Positions 18,169-27,425 of a stretch of 64,000 bases of DNA are shown in pieces. Under the pieces are notes generated by a model that worked only from the letters and a program-made list of their open reading frames with translations, was not told the origin of the DNA and did not search any database. This DNA comes from a virus. Within the stretch, counting starts at the first letter, position 1; every line of letters starts with the position of its first letter. Made by a program: the position numbers and the translations under genes. The stretch is from positions 797-64,796 of the IMG/VR virus record IMGVR_UViG_3300033113_000110; one strand, 5' to 3'.

Positions 18169-18426
18169 CTATGCCAGTGGGGGGATGTTGTTTTGTTCAA
18201 ACAGCAAATTGAGCGCGTCCCCGATTACGCGCTCCATGGATACATCTCGATCTGCGGCAATTAGCCGAACTTGGCGATGCACCTCTGCTGGATACCAACC
18301 TTGAAGAATCTTTTTGCCTTTCCGAGACTCCGGTCTGTTTTCAGGTTCACTGTCTGGTGTCTCGATCTCGGTATTTCCTTCTTGCTTTTCCTGTAAAATT
18401 GCTTTGAGACTTTTCTTGTTGTTCAT
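18169..18426 (-). CDS. Ribbon-helix-helix partition/centromere-binding protein (ParG-like)
   Basis: KILQGWYPAEVHRQVRLIAADRDVSMERVIGDALNLLF; abuts parA. Confidence 0.75.
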   Translation of the reverse strand: MNNKKSLKAILQEKQEGNTEIETPDSEPENRPESRKGKKILQGWYPAEVHRQVRLIAADRDVSMERVIGDALNLLFEQNNIPPLA

Positions 18427-18427
18427 G

Positions 18428-19048
18428 TTAGCTCTCCAGTTGTTTTTCGACGTATTCATATAAAATTTGTGCTTCGATAGATGCCTTACTTTTCGGCAGA
18501 TATTCTTGTGCGGATAGTCCGTGGTTGAGGGCATGCACAAAAGCAACACGGTGACCGAGTTCACAAGGGGCGCACTGTCCTGGATAGTTTCTCAGGGCGT
18601 CGCGTGCTTGTTCTCCGAGTGTTGTACTTGCGGGAACGGAATTGAGAATGATGTGTGCTTCGGTTTTTGCGATTTCGCATATCGAGAGTGTTGAGGCGAT
18701 AGCGTCTAAGTCCATGATCGAGGGCTTGCATGGGATCAAGGCAAGGTTCGCTCTATATGCCACGTCCAAGGCATCGTGTCCGGCGTTGGGGGGTGTGTCG
18801 AGTATTGCGAGGGTCGCTCCGTTTTCTTCAGCGGTTTCAAGCCATTGTAGGAGACGGGATGTCGGTGTCGCGATAATAGCGGGTGAGTCGGCATCTCGGT
18901 AGTCTCCCCATTTCGCTGCGGAGGTTTGGGGGTCGAGGTCGATGAGCACAGGGCTGTGTCCGGCGTTTTTTGCGGCAACTGAGATATGTGTTGCGAGTGT
19001 CGTTTTCCCGGTGCCACCTTTACGGCTCATGATTGCTACTGTTTTCAT
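18428..19048 (-). CDS. parA: ParA-family partition ATPase (short type Ib)
   Basis: MKTVAIMSRKGGTGKTT, LIDLDPQTSA, ILDTPP, ALIPCKPS; start at 19048 after GGAAGGA. Confidence 0.93.
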   Translation of the reverse strand: MKTVAIMSRKGGTGKTTLATHISVAAKNAGHSPVLIDLDPQTSAAKWGDYRDADSPAIIATPTSRLLQWLETAEENGATLAILDTPPNAGHDALDVAYRANLALIPCKPSIMDLDAIASTLSICEIAKTEAHIILNSVPASTTLGEQARDALRNYPGQCAPCELGHRVAFVHALNHGLSAQEYLPKSKASIEAQILYEYVEKQLES

Positions 19049-19534
19049 GTTGTCTATCCTTCCTTGTTTGAGATTCAGCAGCGTTGGTTTGTTTACAATG
19101 CAACATAACAACAATCAAACATACCAACGTTGTTGTAGTGTAAACGTTGAAAAGGATATTTGGGTTACGGTCTTTGTTGATCTTTCTCTTTTATGTAGAA
19201 TCACAGGAACAGTTTGGTGTTTGGAAATGTCTCATAAAATATTTATATTCGGGGTCTTCTTTCATAAAGGAATGATTTGGTTGATTTGCGTGGCATTTTA
19301 TACAAAGTGCTTTGAAAAAGTTAGGTGTGTTAAATCGTCTTCCTTCAATATGATGCGTATGTAGAAATAATCGGCGATGTTGTAAATTTATTTGGCAACA
19401 TTCGCAGGTCCAGTTTTTTTCTTTACGATACCATGCTGAAAGTGCTATCCAATATTCGTTTCTGTGAGAAATTGCTGGTGGTGGATTCTCGTAATTTGAG
19501 AAAAAACTATCTCTGATAGTTATGCTTAATGTTG

Positions 19535-19763
19535 TGATTTGCTCAATATTGGTTCGATTAAAAGTTTCGCGTTACGTTTTTTTTATCATGAAGAAAGGTG
19601 CGTTTCAATTCCAAACTGGTTCGATTAGAAGAAAAATAAAGAAAAACGTATTCTCTTACTCGCTGCCGTTTCAATTCCAAACTGGTTCGATTAGAAGTCT
19701 ATGGAAGGACTTTCGCCCCCGTGTGTTCCGTATGTTTCAATTCCAAACTGGTTCGATTAGAAG
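19535..19763 (-). CRISPR. Cas-less CRISPR mini-array: three perfect 30-bp repeats, one degenerate trailer repeat, three spacers
   Basis: GTTTCAATTCCAAACTGGTTCGATTAGAAG at 19602, 19668, 19734; two 36-nt spacers; degenerate copy ending TGGTTCGATTAAAAG at 19564 gives a 37-nt spacer; an ATTGAAAC 3' end implies minus-strand transcription (type I-B/III-like). Confidence 0.95.
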
Positions 19764-19767
19764 CTTA

Positions 19768-19797
19768 AATGTAACGTTTTTAGGAAAACGTTACATT
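19768..19797. repeat. Perfect 13-bp inverted repeat next to the leader-side CRISPR repeat
   Basis: AATGTAACGTTTT-TAGG-AAAACGTTACATT. Confidence 0.85.
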
Positions 19798-19895
19798 CAT
19801 CCTCTGCCTGGATCTTTATAATCTATATTCCAGCGAAGAATTTTGCATAGAATTGTTATAAGGATCCAAACAGAAACACCTAAAATAAAATCCAT
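19797..19895 (-). CDS. 32-aa single-TM peptide (not in ORF track)
   Basis: MDFILGVSVWILITILCKILRWNIDYKDPGRG; AAGGA RBS 9 nt upstream. Confidence 0.6.
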   Translation of the reverse strand: MDFILGVSVWILITILCKILRWNIDYKDPGRG

Positions 19896-20049
19896 TTAGA
19901 TTGTTCCTTTTATATTTGGCGGTTTATCCGCCTGGCTTAAGCCTTTGCCTTGGGGCTGGCTTGACTATTATAGTTATATACGGCTTTTTGTTCTGCTTTT
20001 ATACGACTCAAAGATTATCCTTAATAAACTTCTTCATGTTTTAGTATAA

Positions 20050-20186
20050 AGTGGGGAATTTCCCCGGCCCCTCGGTACAAAATCCTTGTCAGGGGACTTG
20101 GATAGGACCGACACGGTGGTGTGTCGGCTGACAACCCTATCCGACCGAAGTAATTTAATTCTACAATTTTTTGTCAGAAAAGTCAA
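20050..20186 (-). ncRNA. Sigma70 promoter plus pseudoknotted RNA, copy X1
   Basis: TTGACT-17-TAGAAT; CTTCGGT/ACCGAGG, GGATAGG/CCTATCC, TTGTCAG/CTGACAA, CCGACAC/GTGTCGG; then GGGGAAATTCCCC-ACTTT. Confidence 0.75.
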
Positions 20187-20248
20187 TTTTTTTTTATTTT
20201 CTGAACTTAACGTTTGGAGACTTTTGTTAAGTTCGGGCTTTTTTGGCT

Positions 20249-21070
20249 CTAAAATATGGTGAGTTGGTTCGGGTGTATCTTAGGTTCTTTTTTAGGCTCA
20301 GGTTCTGTCTCGATTCCGAAGTTTTTGATCGGGTACTGGTTTTCTACAGGGTCTTGCTCACCTGGTAGACAGAATTTACCTTGTCCTGGACGTTTGTGGC
20401 TCCATTGTTTGAAGAAGAATGGGACTTCCCTGATTTTGCATTCTTTGTAGATGTTGTGAACCCATTTGTACTTGCAAGGGCGGTGATTGGGGCCGCTTTC
20501 GCCGCCGACGATGACCCAGTGGACATATCCGAGATCTTTTTTCAGTCCTTCGGCGATGTCTTCGAGTAGAGGTTCACATGAGAGAAACCGGATGTCGGCT
20601 TTGATTTCACGTAGTTGTTTGACTCGATGGAGAACTTTGTTATTTTCGACGCTTGTGCCGATCCAGACGTGAGGCGGAATGTCGAGCCACTTCTGTGCCT
20701 CTATGAATCGCTCGGGGCGTTTTGTTAGGACTTGGTATTGGTGTTGGCTTGCTTCTCGCATGACATCAAAAATTGCGGTAAGTTCTTCGTCTGATACGTC
20801 GGGATGGCAAATATCTGACATGGAGCAAGTAAAGACCATCCGAGGATTTTTCCAGCCTTTCGGCTGTTTGAGCCGCTCTTTGATGAATTTGGCGTTGCCT
20901 TTCCATTTGGTTTTGTCCGAATTGATGATTTCTTCATAGTGTTTGATTCCTCGTTTTGCGAAGTCTGTTGCTATGGCTTCTGCGTAGCAGTTGCGGCATC
21001 CTTCGGATACAGGTTTACATCCGATTACGGGATTCCAGGTCTCGTCTGTCCAACCGATGTTTGATGGCAT
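20249..21070 (-). CDS. Phage Gp37/Gp68 (DUF5131) radical-SAM-like protein
   Basis: IGWTDETWNPVIGCKPVSEGCRNCYAE, VFTCSMSD, LTKRPER, FLSCEPLL, WVIVGGESG, PFFFKQW. Confidence 0.92.
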   Translation of the reverse strand: MPSNIGWTDETWNPVIGCKPVSEGCRNCYAEAIATDFAKRGIKHYEEIINSDKTKWKGNAKFIKERLKQPKGWKNPRMVFTCSMSDICHPDVSDEELTAIFDVMREASQHQYQVLTKRPERFIEAQKWLDIPPHVWIGTSVENNKVLHRVKQLREIKADIRFLSCEPLLEDIAEGLKKDLGYVHWVIVGGESGPNHRPCKYKWVHNIYKECKIREVPFFFKQWSHKRPGQGKFCLPGEQDPVENQYPIKNFGIETEPEPKKEPKIHPNQLTIF

Positions 21071-21252
21071 GTTTTCTCCTATAGAATTTTGAGAGTGCTA
21101 TGTTCGATTGTACTCTCTGGTGTCGGGTTATAGAGCGGTAAACTCATTTGGTATGGAAGGTTTAGGTATTCGATGGCGAAACGCTCGGTGAATTCACGAA
21201 CAGACATTTGGATTGTTTCCAGCATGATGTAGAAGCTTCCGTCCTCGTAGAT

Positions 21253-24075
21253 TCAACTGCCTTTGGTGCAGTGGAGTATCTTGGATGCTGAAATCTTGTA
21301 GGGCTTTTTGCGTTTGCCGTCTATTTTGATTGTGAGTTCGTAGAAATGCCCGCCGTCTTTGAAATAGCCTCGGACTTTGTGTCCTTGGAGTTTGAATGTA
21401 GCAAAGACTGACCATGGCGTGGCATCGAAGTACTGATCCTTTTTTTCGTCTTTATAGAGTGCTATGATCCGGGGGCGGTTTGGGTTTGGCGGCTCAAGCC
21501 TTCCGGGCGGAATACTGAGTAGGAAGAATTGTCCGCTTTTCTCGATGTAGTATTTGTTCTGGTTGTCTCGATAGATGTCAACTCCGTGCAGTTGGTGTGC
21601 GAGTGTCTTCGGTGTGTTTTTCATTATGGGGTTTTCTTTCTATGGTGATTGTTCTATCTTCTGGTGGTTTTATGACGAAGTACCAGACGGGGAGTAGAAA
21701 TTCCCATATAGTTCTTTCAGTTTTAGTATCATCATACTCTCGTGTTGAGACTTTTAGAAGTGATTTTTTCATTTTGTTTTTTCTCGTGCGATGAAGAAGT
21801 ATCCGACACCGCGTCCGTGTGCTTGGGTGCATTCTATTTTACCGGAGCCGGTGAGAACACCGATGGCGAGTAAGAATGTCTGGTTGTCGATGTATAGCTT
21901 TGTCTCTTTTCGGGTTTTGTGGATGTGTTTTTCGAGGTTGTCGAGCGGTATCCAGTTCCCGATATTTTCGGAAAACTTTTCGCTTCGAGGGATGGTTCGC
22001 ATTGCCTCTAAAACGGCATTTGCTGTTTTGTGAAGGTCTTTCATTTTAGCTCCTTTTTTTCTTTTGCCTAAACTTTTTCAAGATTCGTTGGATGAACGTT
22101 TTTGGGGGTTGGTTTGGTATTATCTGGTCTGTAGGATTTTCCACTTTGGGTAGTGGTAGTTGAGCGACATTGGAGTTATCTTCCTGCATAATGTAGCATC
22201 TGATGCCTTGATTTCTGAGGTCTTTGCAACGACGGATGGCTGCTTGTGCTTTTATGTCTATGGCAATTATTGTCCAACAGTCGAAAGCAGTGCTGTACAT
22301 ATAGATTTTGTATTTCATTTAGTAGACTCCTGGTGGTCCTGTTTCCTTTGTTTCCGGGAATATTCGTATGCGGATGATCCACTTGGTGGTTGTTTTACGT
22401 CCGATGAAGGGTTTGGAGTCGCATCGGTAAAATGGTACGTCGGAATTTGGATCTTCTACATGGATTTTGTCCCACTGGAGACTGGCGTATGGAACGGCGT
22501 TTTTGAATAGGACAGTTTCCCATGCTTCGTTAGTTGGATTCCGAATATCGTCCTTGGCGTATTTGAATGCTTCGTTGATGTCTGGCATTCTGAAGTAGAT
22601 GTCGTGTAGGCGTTTATAGTTTTCTGATTCAGGATCAGGTGGTTCTACACGGAGGATATAGAAGCTGGCTTCGTATTTTTTCATCGTAGCACCTCTATGA
22701 GCCTGAATTCTATGAAGTAATGGGTTCGTTTTGGATCGTAGGGATCGAGGTGCTTGTTCAGATCGTGGTAGGCTTTAGAGAATTCTTGGAAGTCTTTATA
22801 GCCTTCTTTCTCGGCAATGTATTGCTGTGTGTAGCCGGTCTTTGCAAAGAAAGTCTGTTCATCAGTGTGTTCGGGGTTCCATGTAATGACGTTGAGGACT
22901 TTTAGCTTTGCGAAGCGGGTTTCTTTCTTTCTTCCTGTGCTGGCGGTTATGATCTCACCGGGCATGGGGGGGCGTTTCCGCCAGTATCTTGCGGTGAAAA
23001 TCTTGATTTTTTGAAGTATCCAGTTGTCCGCTGGTGGTGTGAATTGCATGTTCTGCATTATTTTCTTCCCTCTGTTTGTATGATAGGACTCGGTGCCAGT
23101 CGTCTGCCCGGAATATAGATTTTGTGTTCATTTTTGAAGTGTTCGTCACTGAATTCTGGTAGTGAAGTAAGCAGCGTATAGAGCCAATGAGGGACGTATT
23201 CTATAGGTTGATGTTCTTCAATGAAGTCTTCTCCTTCTTTTTTGATGAGGACTTTATGAAGTTTGTGGCGTTTCTCTGACTTGACGTGTTCAAAGATGTA
23301 GTATGAGGCGGGGAAAAGGTGCCACCATTCTTCGAGCAGGCTGTTTTCGTGTCGCTTCTGCCTGAAGTGGAACTTTGACCCGTGTGCGGGGATCACTTTT
23401 TCTTTTCTGATAGAGATCAGATAGACTCTCTGATTTTCTGATAGTCGTGAGAAACGATAGCTTTCTTGGGTTGTCACTGGGTTATTTTCCTTTCTTGTGT
23501 TCGGTGTTTAGATCAGTGAGGACATCTTGAATTTCTTTCAGACATTCGTTATTGAAAACTGTTGATGGATATGGGTTGAAGGTATACTGTCGCCATGCTC
23601 CGTACCAAGCAATTTGACCTAAAATCGTGCTGCTTCCGTTATTGATAACGTTGATAACGACGGTCTTAGGCTTTCTGTGTGCGATTACGAATTGGATGTA
23701 CTTGGTCTTTCTATAGATTGTCATGGTCTAATTTCCCCTTAGTGGTTCCACAAGATCGGCGAGCATTCTTGGGTCTCTGTATGCGGCATTTAGCCGGGCA
23801 GAGATGACTGCCCACTCTTTGGCGGTTAGTTCAGTTCGTGATTCAACTTTGTAAATTTCTTTGATGTGTTCCCATATATCTTTGTCGGAGACTCCGTGGT
23901 GTTTGAGTTTTGGCTTGAGTCTTGACATACAGGCGAAGCTTGCTTTGCGGTGTATGTCTGCTGCGGGATCGGTGTTCTTTTCGTTATCAGGTTGGGGGTG
24001 CCCGTTTGTTGCTACGGGTTCTGCCTCGAGCGTGAGGTCGTGTTTCCCGTTGGGCCCGTATAGATTGACGCGCAT
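21253..24075 (-). other. Operon of small hypothetical genes (21253..21624, about 21578..21772, 21769..22044, 22046..22318, 22319..22684, 23058..23477, 23482..23724, 23728..24075)
   Basis: Tightly packed or overlapping minus-strand ORFs with GGAG/AGGA RBSs. Confidence 0.6.
22681..23058 (-). CDS. ASCH/PUA-like domain protein
   Basis: KIFTAR...PGEII...AKLKVLNV...AEKEGYKDFQEF...YFIEF. Confidence 0.7.
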   Translation of the reverse strand: MQNMQFTPPADNWILQKIKIFTARYWRKRPPMPGEIITASTGRKKETRFAKLKVLNVITWNPEHTDEQTFFAKTGYTQQYIAEKEGYKDFQEFSKAYHDLNKHLDPYDPKRTHYFIEFRLIEVLR

Positions 24076-24267
24076 GGTTATTCTCCATTGCAATGGGGCA
24101 AAGCTTGACTTGCTTTTCAGCGAATTCCCGTTTTTTCTCGGATATTTCGGTGTCTCTGCAAAGCCTCGTTAGTTTGTTGATGAGGGTTTGTGTCTCATAA
24201 ATTTCTGTTGGCATAAAGAGATTCATCTTAAGCTGTTCTATTGGGATCCCCTTGATAAATAGGATTT

Positions 24268-24287
24268 AGGGGGCCCGAAAGCCCCCT
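24268..24287. terminator. GC-rich hairpin, possible terminator
   Basis: AGGGGGC-CCGAAA-GCCCCCT; weak U-tract. Confidence 0.4.
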
Positions 24288-24295
24288 TCTGATAT

Positions 24296-25264
24296 TTAGA
24301 TGGTTGTGGTAAGGGAGGCCATGAGTTTTGGAACATCGCGCATCATGTTCATCCGGGTTTGCACAGTTTCTTGTCTACTTGCTACCGAGGATAGTGAATG
24401 TGCAACATCGAGTGCGTTTTCTACTGGATCGGAGCCGGGAACATCAACTTGAGGTAAGACACTGACACGGGTTGTCCTTCTGTCCCTTTCGTTTGCCTCA
24501 CCGATATTTGGGTAGCCGTCCCAACCGGATTTCATGATATGGTAGGATCTTGCCGCGGTACGTTTTCCCCATGTTCTTGTTAGGACTTCATCGACCCAAA
24601 TTTCGAGAGATATGCCATCGAGTTGATCGATGGGTACTCCGACTGATACTTTCTTTTCTCTCTATTGCCTGTAGATTTCTCGCTCTGAAAGTGTTTCTTG
24701 GATATGTTCTTCCAACTGTTCAGAGAGGAATTCGGGTGTTAGAGATGCTGTGTGTCTTCGGTTCATTCGTTTGCCTCGGTCGAGTTGTGTCATACCGTTC
24801 GCGCAGACTAGTCGATACCATCCAGCTTTAAAACCGAAAGTCATGCTTCCGTCAACGGAGTTGAATAGGGAAAGTTCAAGGTTCATGATCTTCCCGTCGC
24901 CGGGGTCAAACGTGAATTGTGGGAACCGAATCCTTAGCCACATTCGCTCGCCGAGATTTGTTTGGGTGAGCTCGCATGCTGCGTTATGATGGGAATATCC
25001 CATAGATGCTAAGGTTTCAAGCGTTACGTCGATAGCAGTTTGGTGCTGGATGAGTGAATAAGTTTTTGATACTGTTGCCACTGGGATGCCGTTGGTTTCG
25101 TTTACGATGGCATCGAGATGTGGGTTGGCGATGTGTGGTGGAAAGCCCGCGGGGTTTGTGAACGGTTCTCGACTGAATTTAGGGAGTATTGAGGAATTGA
25201 TGTCCTGGTAGTTGATTTTGGTTTCTTCAACGGGACGACCTGTCCAAGTTTGTTCGTTAGACAT
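24296..25264 (-). pseudogene. DUF932-family gene with a single in-frame TAG at 24662-24664
   Basis: VATVSKTYSLIQH, LFNSVDGS, GWYRLVCANG; reading through TAG continues in frame (EIWVDEVLTRTWGKRTAARSYHIMKSGWDG) into ORF 24296..24535. Confidence 0.8.
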
Positions 25265-25275
25265 GTGTGAGTCTC

Positions 25276-25306
25276 CTGTAAAATTGTCTGTAAAATTGTC
25301 TGTAAA
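25276..25306. repeat. 12-bp tandem repeat in the DUF932 5' leader
   Basis: CTGTAAAATTGT x2 plus CTGTAAA, between an extended -10 (TGGTATAAT, minus) and the RBS. Confidence 0.7.
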
Positions 25307-25631
25307 TAACACTATAATTATACCATAAAAAAACTTAAAAGGCAATAAAAAATGATAAAATTATAGGGTTTTGGTTTCGTACAGGTTTGATAAAAAGGGT
25401 TATTTGGAGATAGTGATCCAGTCGATGTGCATGTTTTCGTTGATTTCTGCATCATCTTGGGTGAGTTCTCGGTCTTCGTATTCACCTTTCCCATCTTGAA
25501 ACGATGTGTATGCCTTCCATTTTGACGGATAGGATTCGCATTTGGCACTGAAGTTTTTCAAAGAAGCCGAAGTTCTTTGTGAGTTCTGCGACTTTCGCTT
25601 GGAATTCGGTCAAGTTGATTTCGTACATGGG

Positions 25632-26500
25632 TTAAGCCTCCTGTTTGAGTTCTCTGAGTTGTTTATCGATCTCCGATATTTTCTCGCGTATACTTCGCAT
25701 GATTACGGGATGGCATTGTGCTTGGGGTTTCCGTAGATCGAATTTTAGGCGAGTCCTGGAATGTTGGAGCCGCTCTATTTTCTGTTCGCGTGTCCCGACG
25801 AACATGAAGTCTTCGTTTCCTTTGAAGATTTCGGATTTCTGGATGGCGATGCCGTCTATACCGGTGGGAAATGAGAATAGTAATTTGCGTAGATTTTCTT
25901 TTGAGATGTTGCCTAAACGTGCAGCTGCGGTGTTTATGCTCCACCATTTTCCGATGCCGAGCAAGTTTTCGAGCTGTGCTTGTGTGTAGTTTGGCATGGT
26001 TTCTCCTTGGGTGGTTGGAAGTATTCTCGCACGTGGCGAGGTAAGTTATCGTATTCTTCTCGGAACTGCTCATTTGACCAATCTTCGACTTCGGATATAC
26101 AGGAACACGCGGGTTCAAACATATCCTCGGTATCGATGACAAGATCGCAGCGAGAACAGTAATTCCAATAGTCTTCTCTGATGACCATAATTTACCTTGG
26201 TGCTTCGAGACATTCTTTTGATTCTTTTGATTCTTTAATGATGCAGATGATAGATTGGCTGTTTTTGAAGACGATAAAAGCGCGTCGGATCTTTCCGAAC
26301 TCGCATTGGAAATCTCTGTAGCAGATGCCGTCTTTTTTAATCCATTCACTTGTAGGGTTAAGTCCGAAGGATTTTGCTCGTTTTGTGGTGCGTGCCTTGG
26401 CTGATCCTATGGGTCCACTCATAGCGATAGGGAGGCAGGTATCTTGCCACTTTTGGGTCTCGTCATTCCAAAAAGCTATCCCTGAAATGTACATTTCCAT
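25632..26500 (-). other. Three small genes (25632..25997 HTH-like, 25934..26188 Cys-containing, 26192..26500)
   Basis: ORF track; WSINTAAARLGNISKENLRKLL is HTH-like; AAGGAG RBS at the head. Confidence 0.55.
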
Positions 26501-26526
26501 AAAAAAATACTCCTTTCTAAAAAAAA

Positions 26527-26581
26527 TAGCGAAGCGTTCTGTCCGCTTTCGTACATCGAAGCGGACAGGTTGCTGAAGCGA
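26527..26581. repeat. Dispersed palindromic element R, copy 1
   Basis: AGCGTTCTGTCCGCTT...AAGCGGACAGGTTGCTGAAG; homologues at 53231 and 62549. Confidence 0.85.
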
Positions 26582-26615
26582 ATATACGTCTTTGCGTGTA
26601 GCGTCTCTATAGTTA

Positions 26616-26648
26616 TTGACTTTATGCCTGTTTATATGCTACTATAAT
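26616..26648 (+). promoter_or_regulatory. Sigma70-like promoter for the chaperone/giant-protein operon
   Basis: TTGACT at 26616; TG-C-TACTAT/TATAAT at 26637-26648; AAGGAGG RBS. Confidence 0.6.
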
Positions 26649-26673
26649 CAGTAAAATAAAAGGAGGATTTTAG

Positions 26674-27162
26674 ATGTCAGAAGAAAGAAAATTGACGACG
26701 GTTGAAGACTTGCTTGGTGGTTACAAGGAGAAAGACCTTGAACTTTCTACAGGTAAAGTCTTTACAATTCAGTCATTCGCACCCGGAAATTTGATGATAG
26801 ATATTGGATCACCGCTTGTTCAGATGCTTATCGAGGCAAGTGAGGAAGATTTGCGTAGGACGACATTGGATATGCCGATGACGAATGCGGGTCGAGCTTG
26901 GACTCGGATCGAGCAACTTGTCTGTGATAATGTTACCTCTGTCCGATTTTCACCGGAGCCTCAGAATTATTTACCGACTGGGCTGGTTTCTTTACGAAGG
27001 CTTTCACTTGTTGAAATCCAAGAGCTCTATGTGGGGATTCAGGAATTGTCTATCTCACCGGAGGAACTTGAAAACTTTCGTAAAGTTCACAGAGAAAGTG
27101 AGGACGAATCAGAACAGTCGGAATTGGCTTCTGAGGACAGTGAGGATAGCGGAGAGGAGTAA
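26674..27162 (+). CDS. Tail assembly chaperone (G-like)
   Basis: KVFTIQSF..., acidic tail, ENFR motif; followed by an overlapping +1 frame ORF and a giant gene. Confidence 0.6.
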   Translation: MSEERKLTTVEDLLGGYKEKDLELSTGKVFTIQSFAPGNLMIDIGSPLVQMLIEASEEDLRRTTLDMPMTNAGRAWTRIEQLVCDNVTSVRFSPEPQNYLPTGLVSLRRLSLVEIQELYVGIQELSISPEELENFRKVHRESEDESEQSELASEDSEDSGEE

Positions 27163-27367
27163 AAGATCAGTCTACTCGTATCTGTTTTATCCTTGGCAGT
27201 ACTCAAAGTTTTTTGAGTTAGCGATTGAAGAATTTATTTCGGTCATTCTGGATGAGGAAGCAGAAGGTGTGGTTGAGAATGAACCGCTCCCGGAAATGCC
27301 ACGAGTGGATCTTAGTGGAGATAACTTCGATCCGTTTAATGTTGGTCTTAATTCTATGGGAGGATGA
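27077..27367 (+). CDS. T-like extension reached by a predicted +1 frameshift at TTT-CGT (27076-27081), giving an about 230-aa G-T fusion
   Basis: The +1 frame reads FVKFTEKVR...WLLRTVRIAERSKRSVYSYLF...LAIEEFISVILDEE; no RBS/ATG seen at its 5' end. Confidence 0.6.
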   Translation, partial: FVKFTEKVRTNQNSRNWLLRTVRIAERSKRSVYSYLFYPWQYSKFFELAIEEFISVILDEEAEGVVENEPLPEMPRVDLSGDNFDPFNVGLNSMGG

Positions 27368-27425
27368 AGGTTTAGTATGTATACCGTTTTTTCGGTATTC
27401 ATGCTTTTCCTTTATCTGATTTATT

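Noticed and set aside
19049-19114. N-terminal extension of ParA in the ORF track (and 18427-18564 for the RHH gene)
   Set aside because: Better RBS-linked starts at 19048 and 18426 match the expected domain boundaries.
20070-20150. HDV-like/theta ribozyme identity for X1 and X2
   Set aside because: Helix order is similar, but P1.1, P4, the short P3/L3 consensus and a conserved catalytic C junction are absent.
24662-24664. Genome-wide TAG reassignment
   Set aside because: TAG is a normal stop followed closely by the next gene at 1719, 7981, 9328 and 13882, and genes are not otherwise fragmented.
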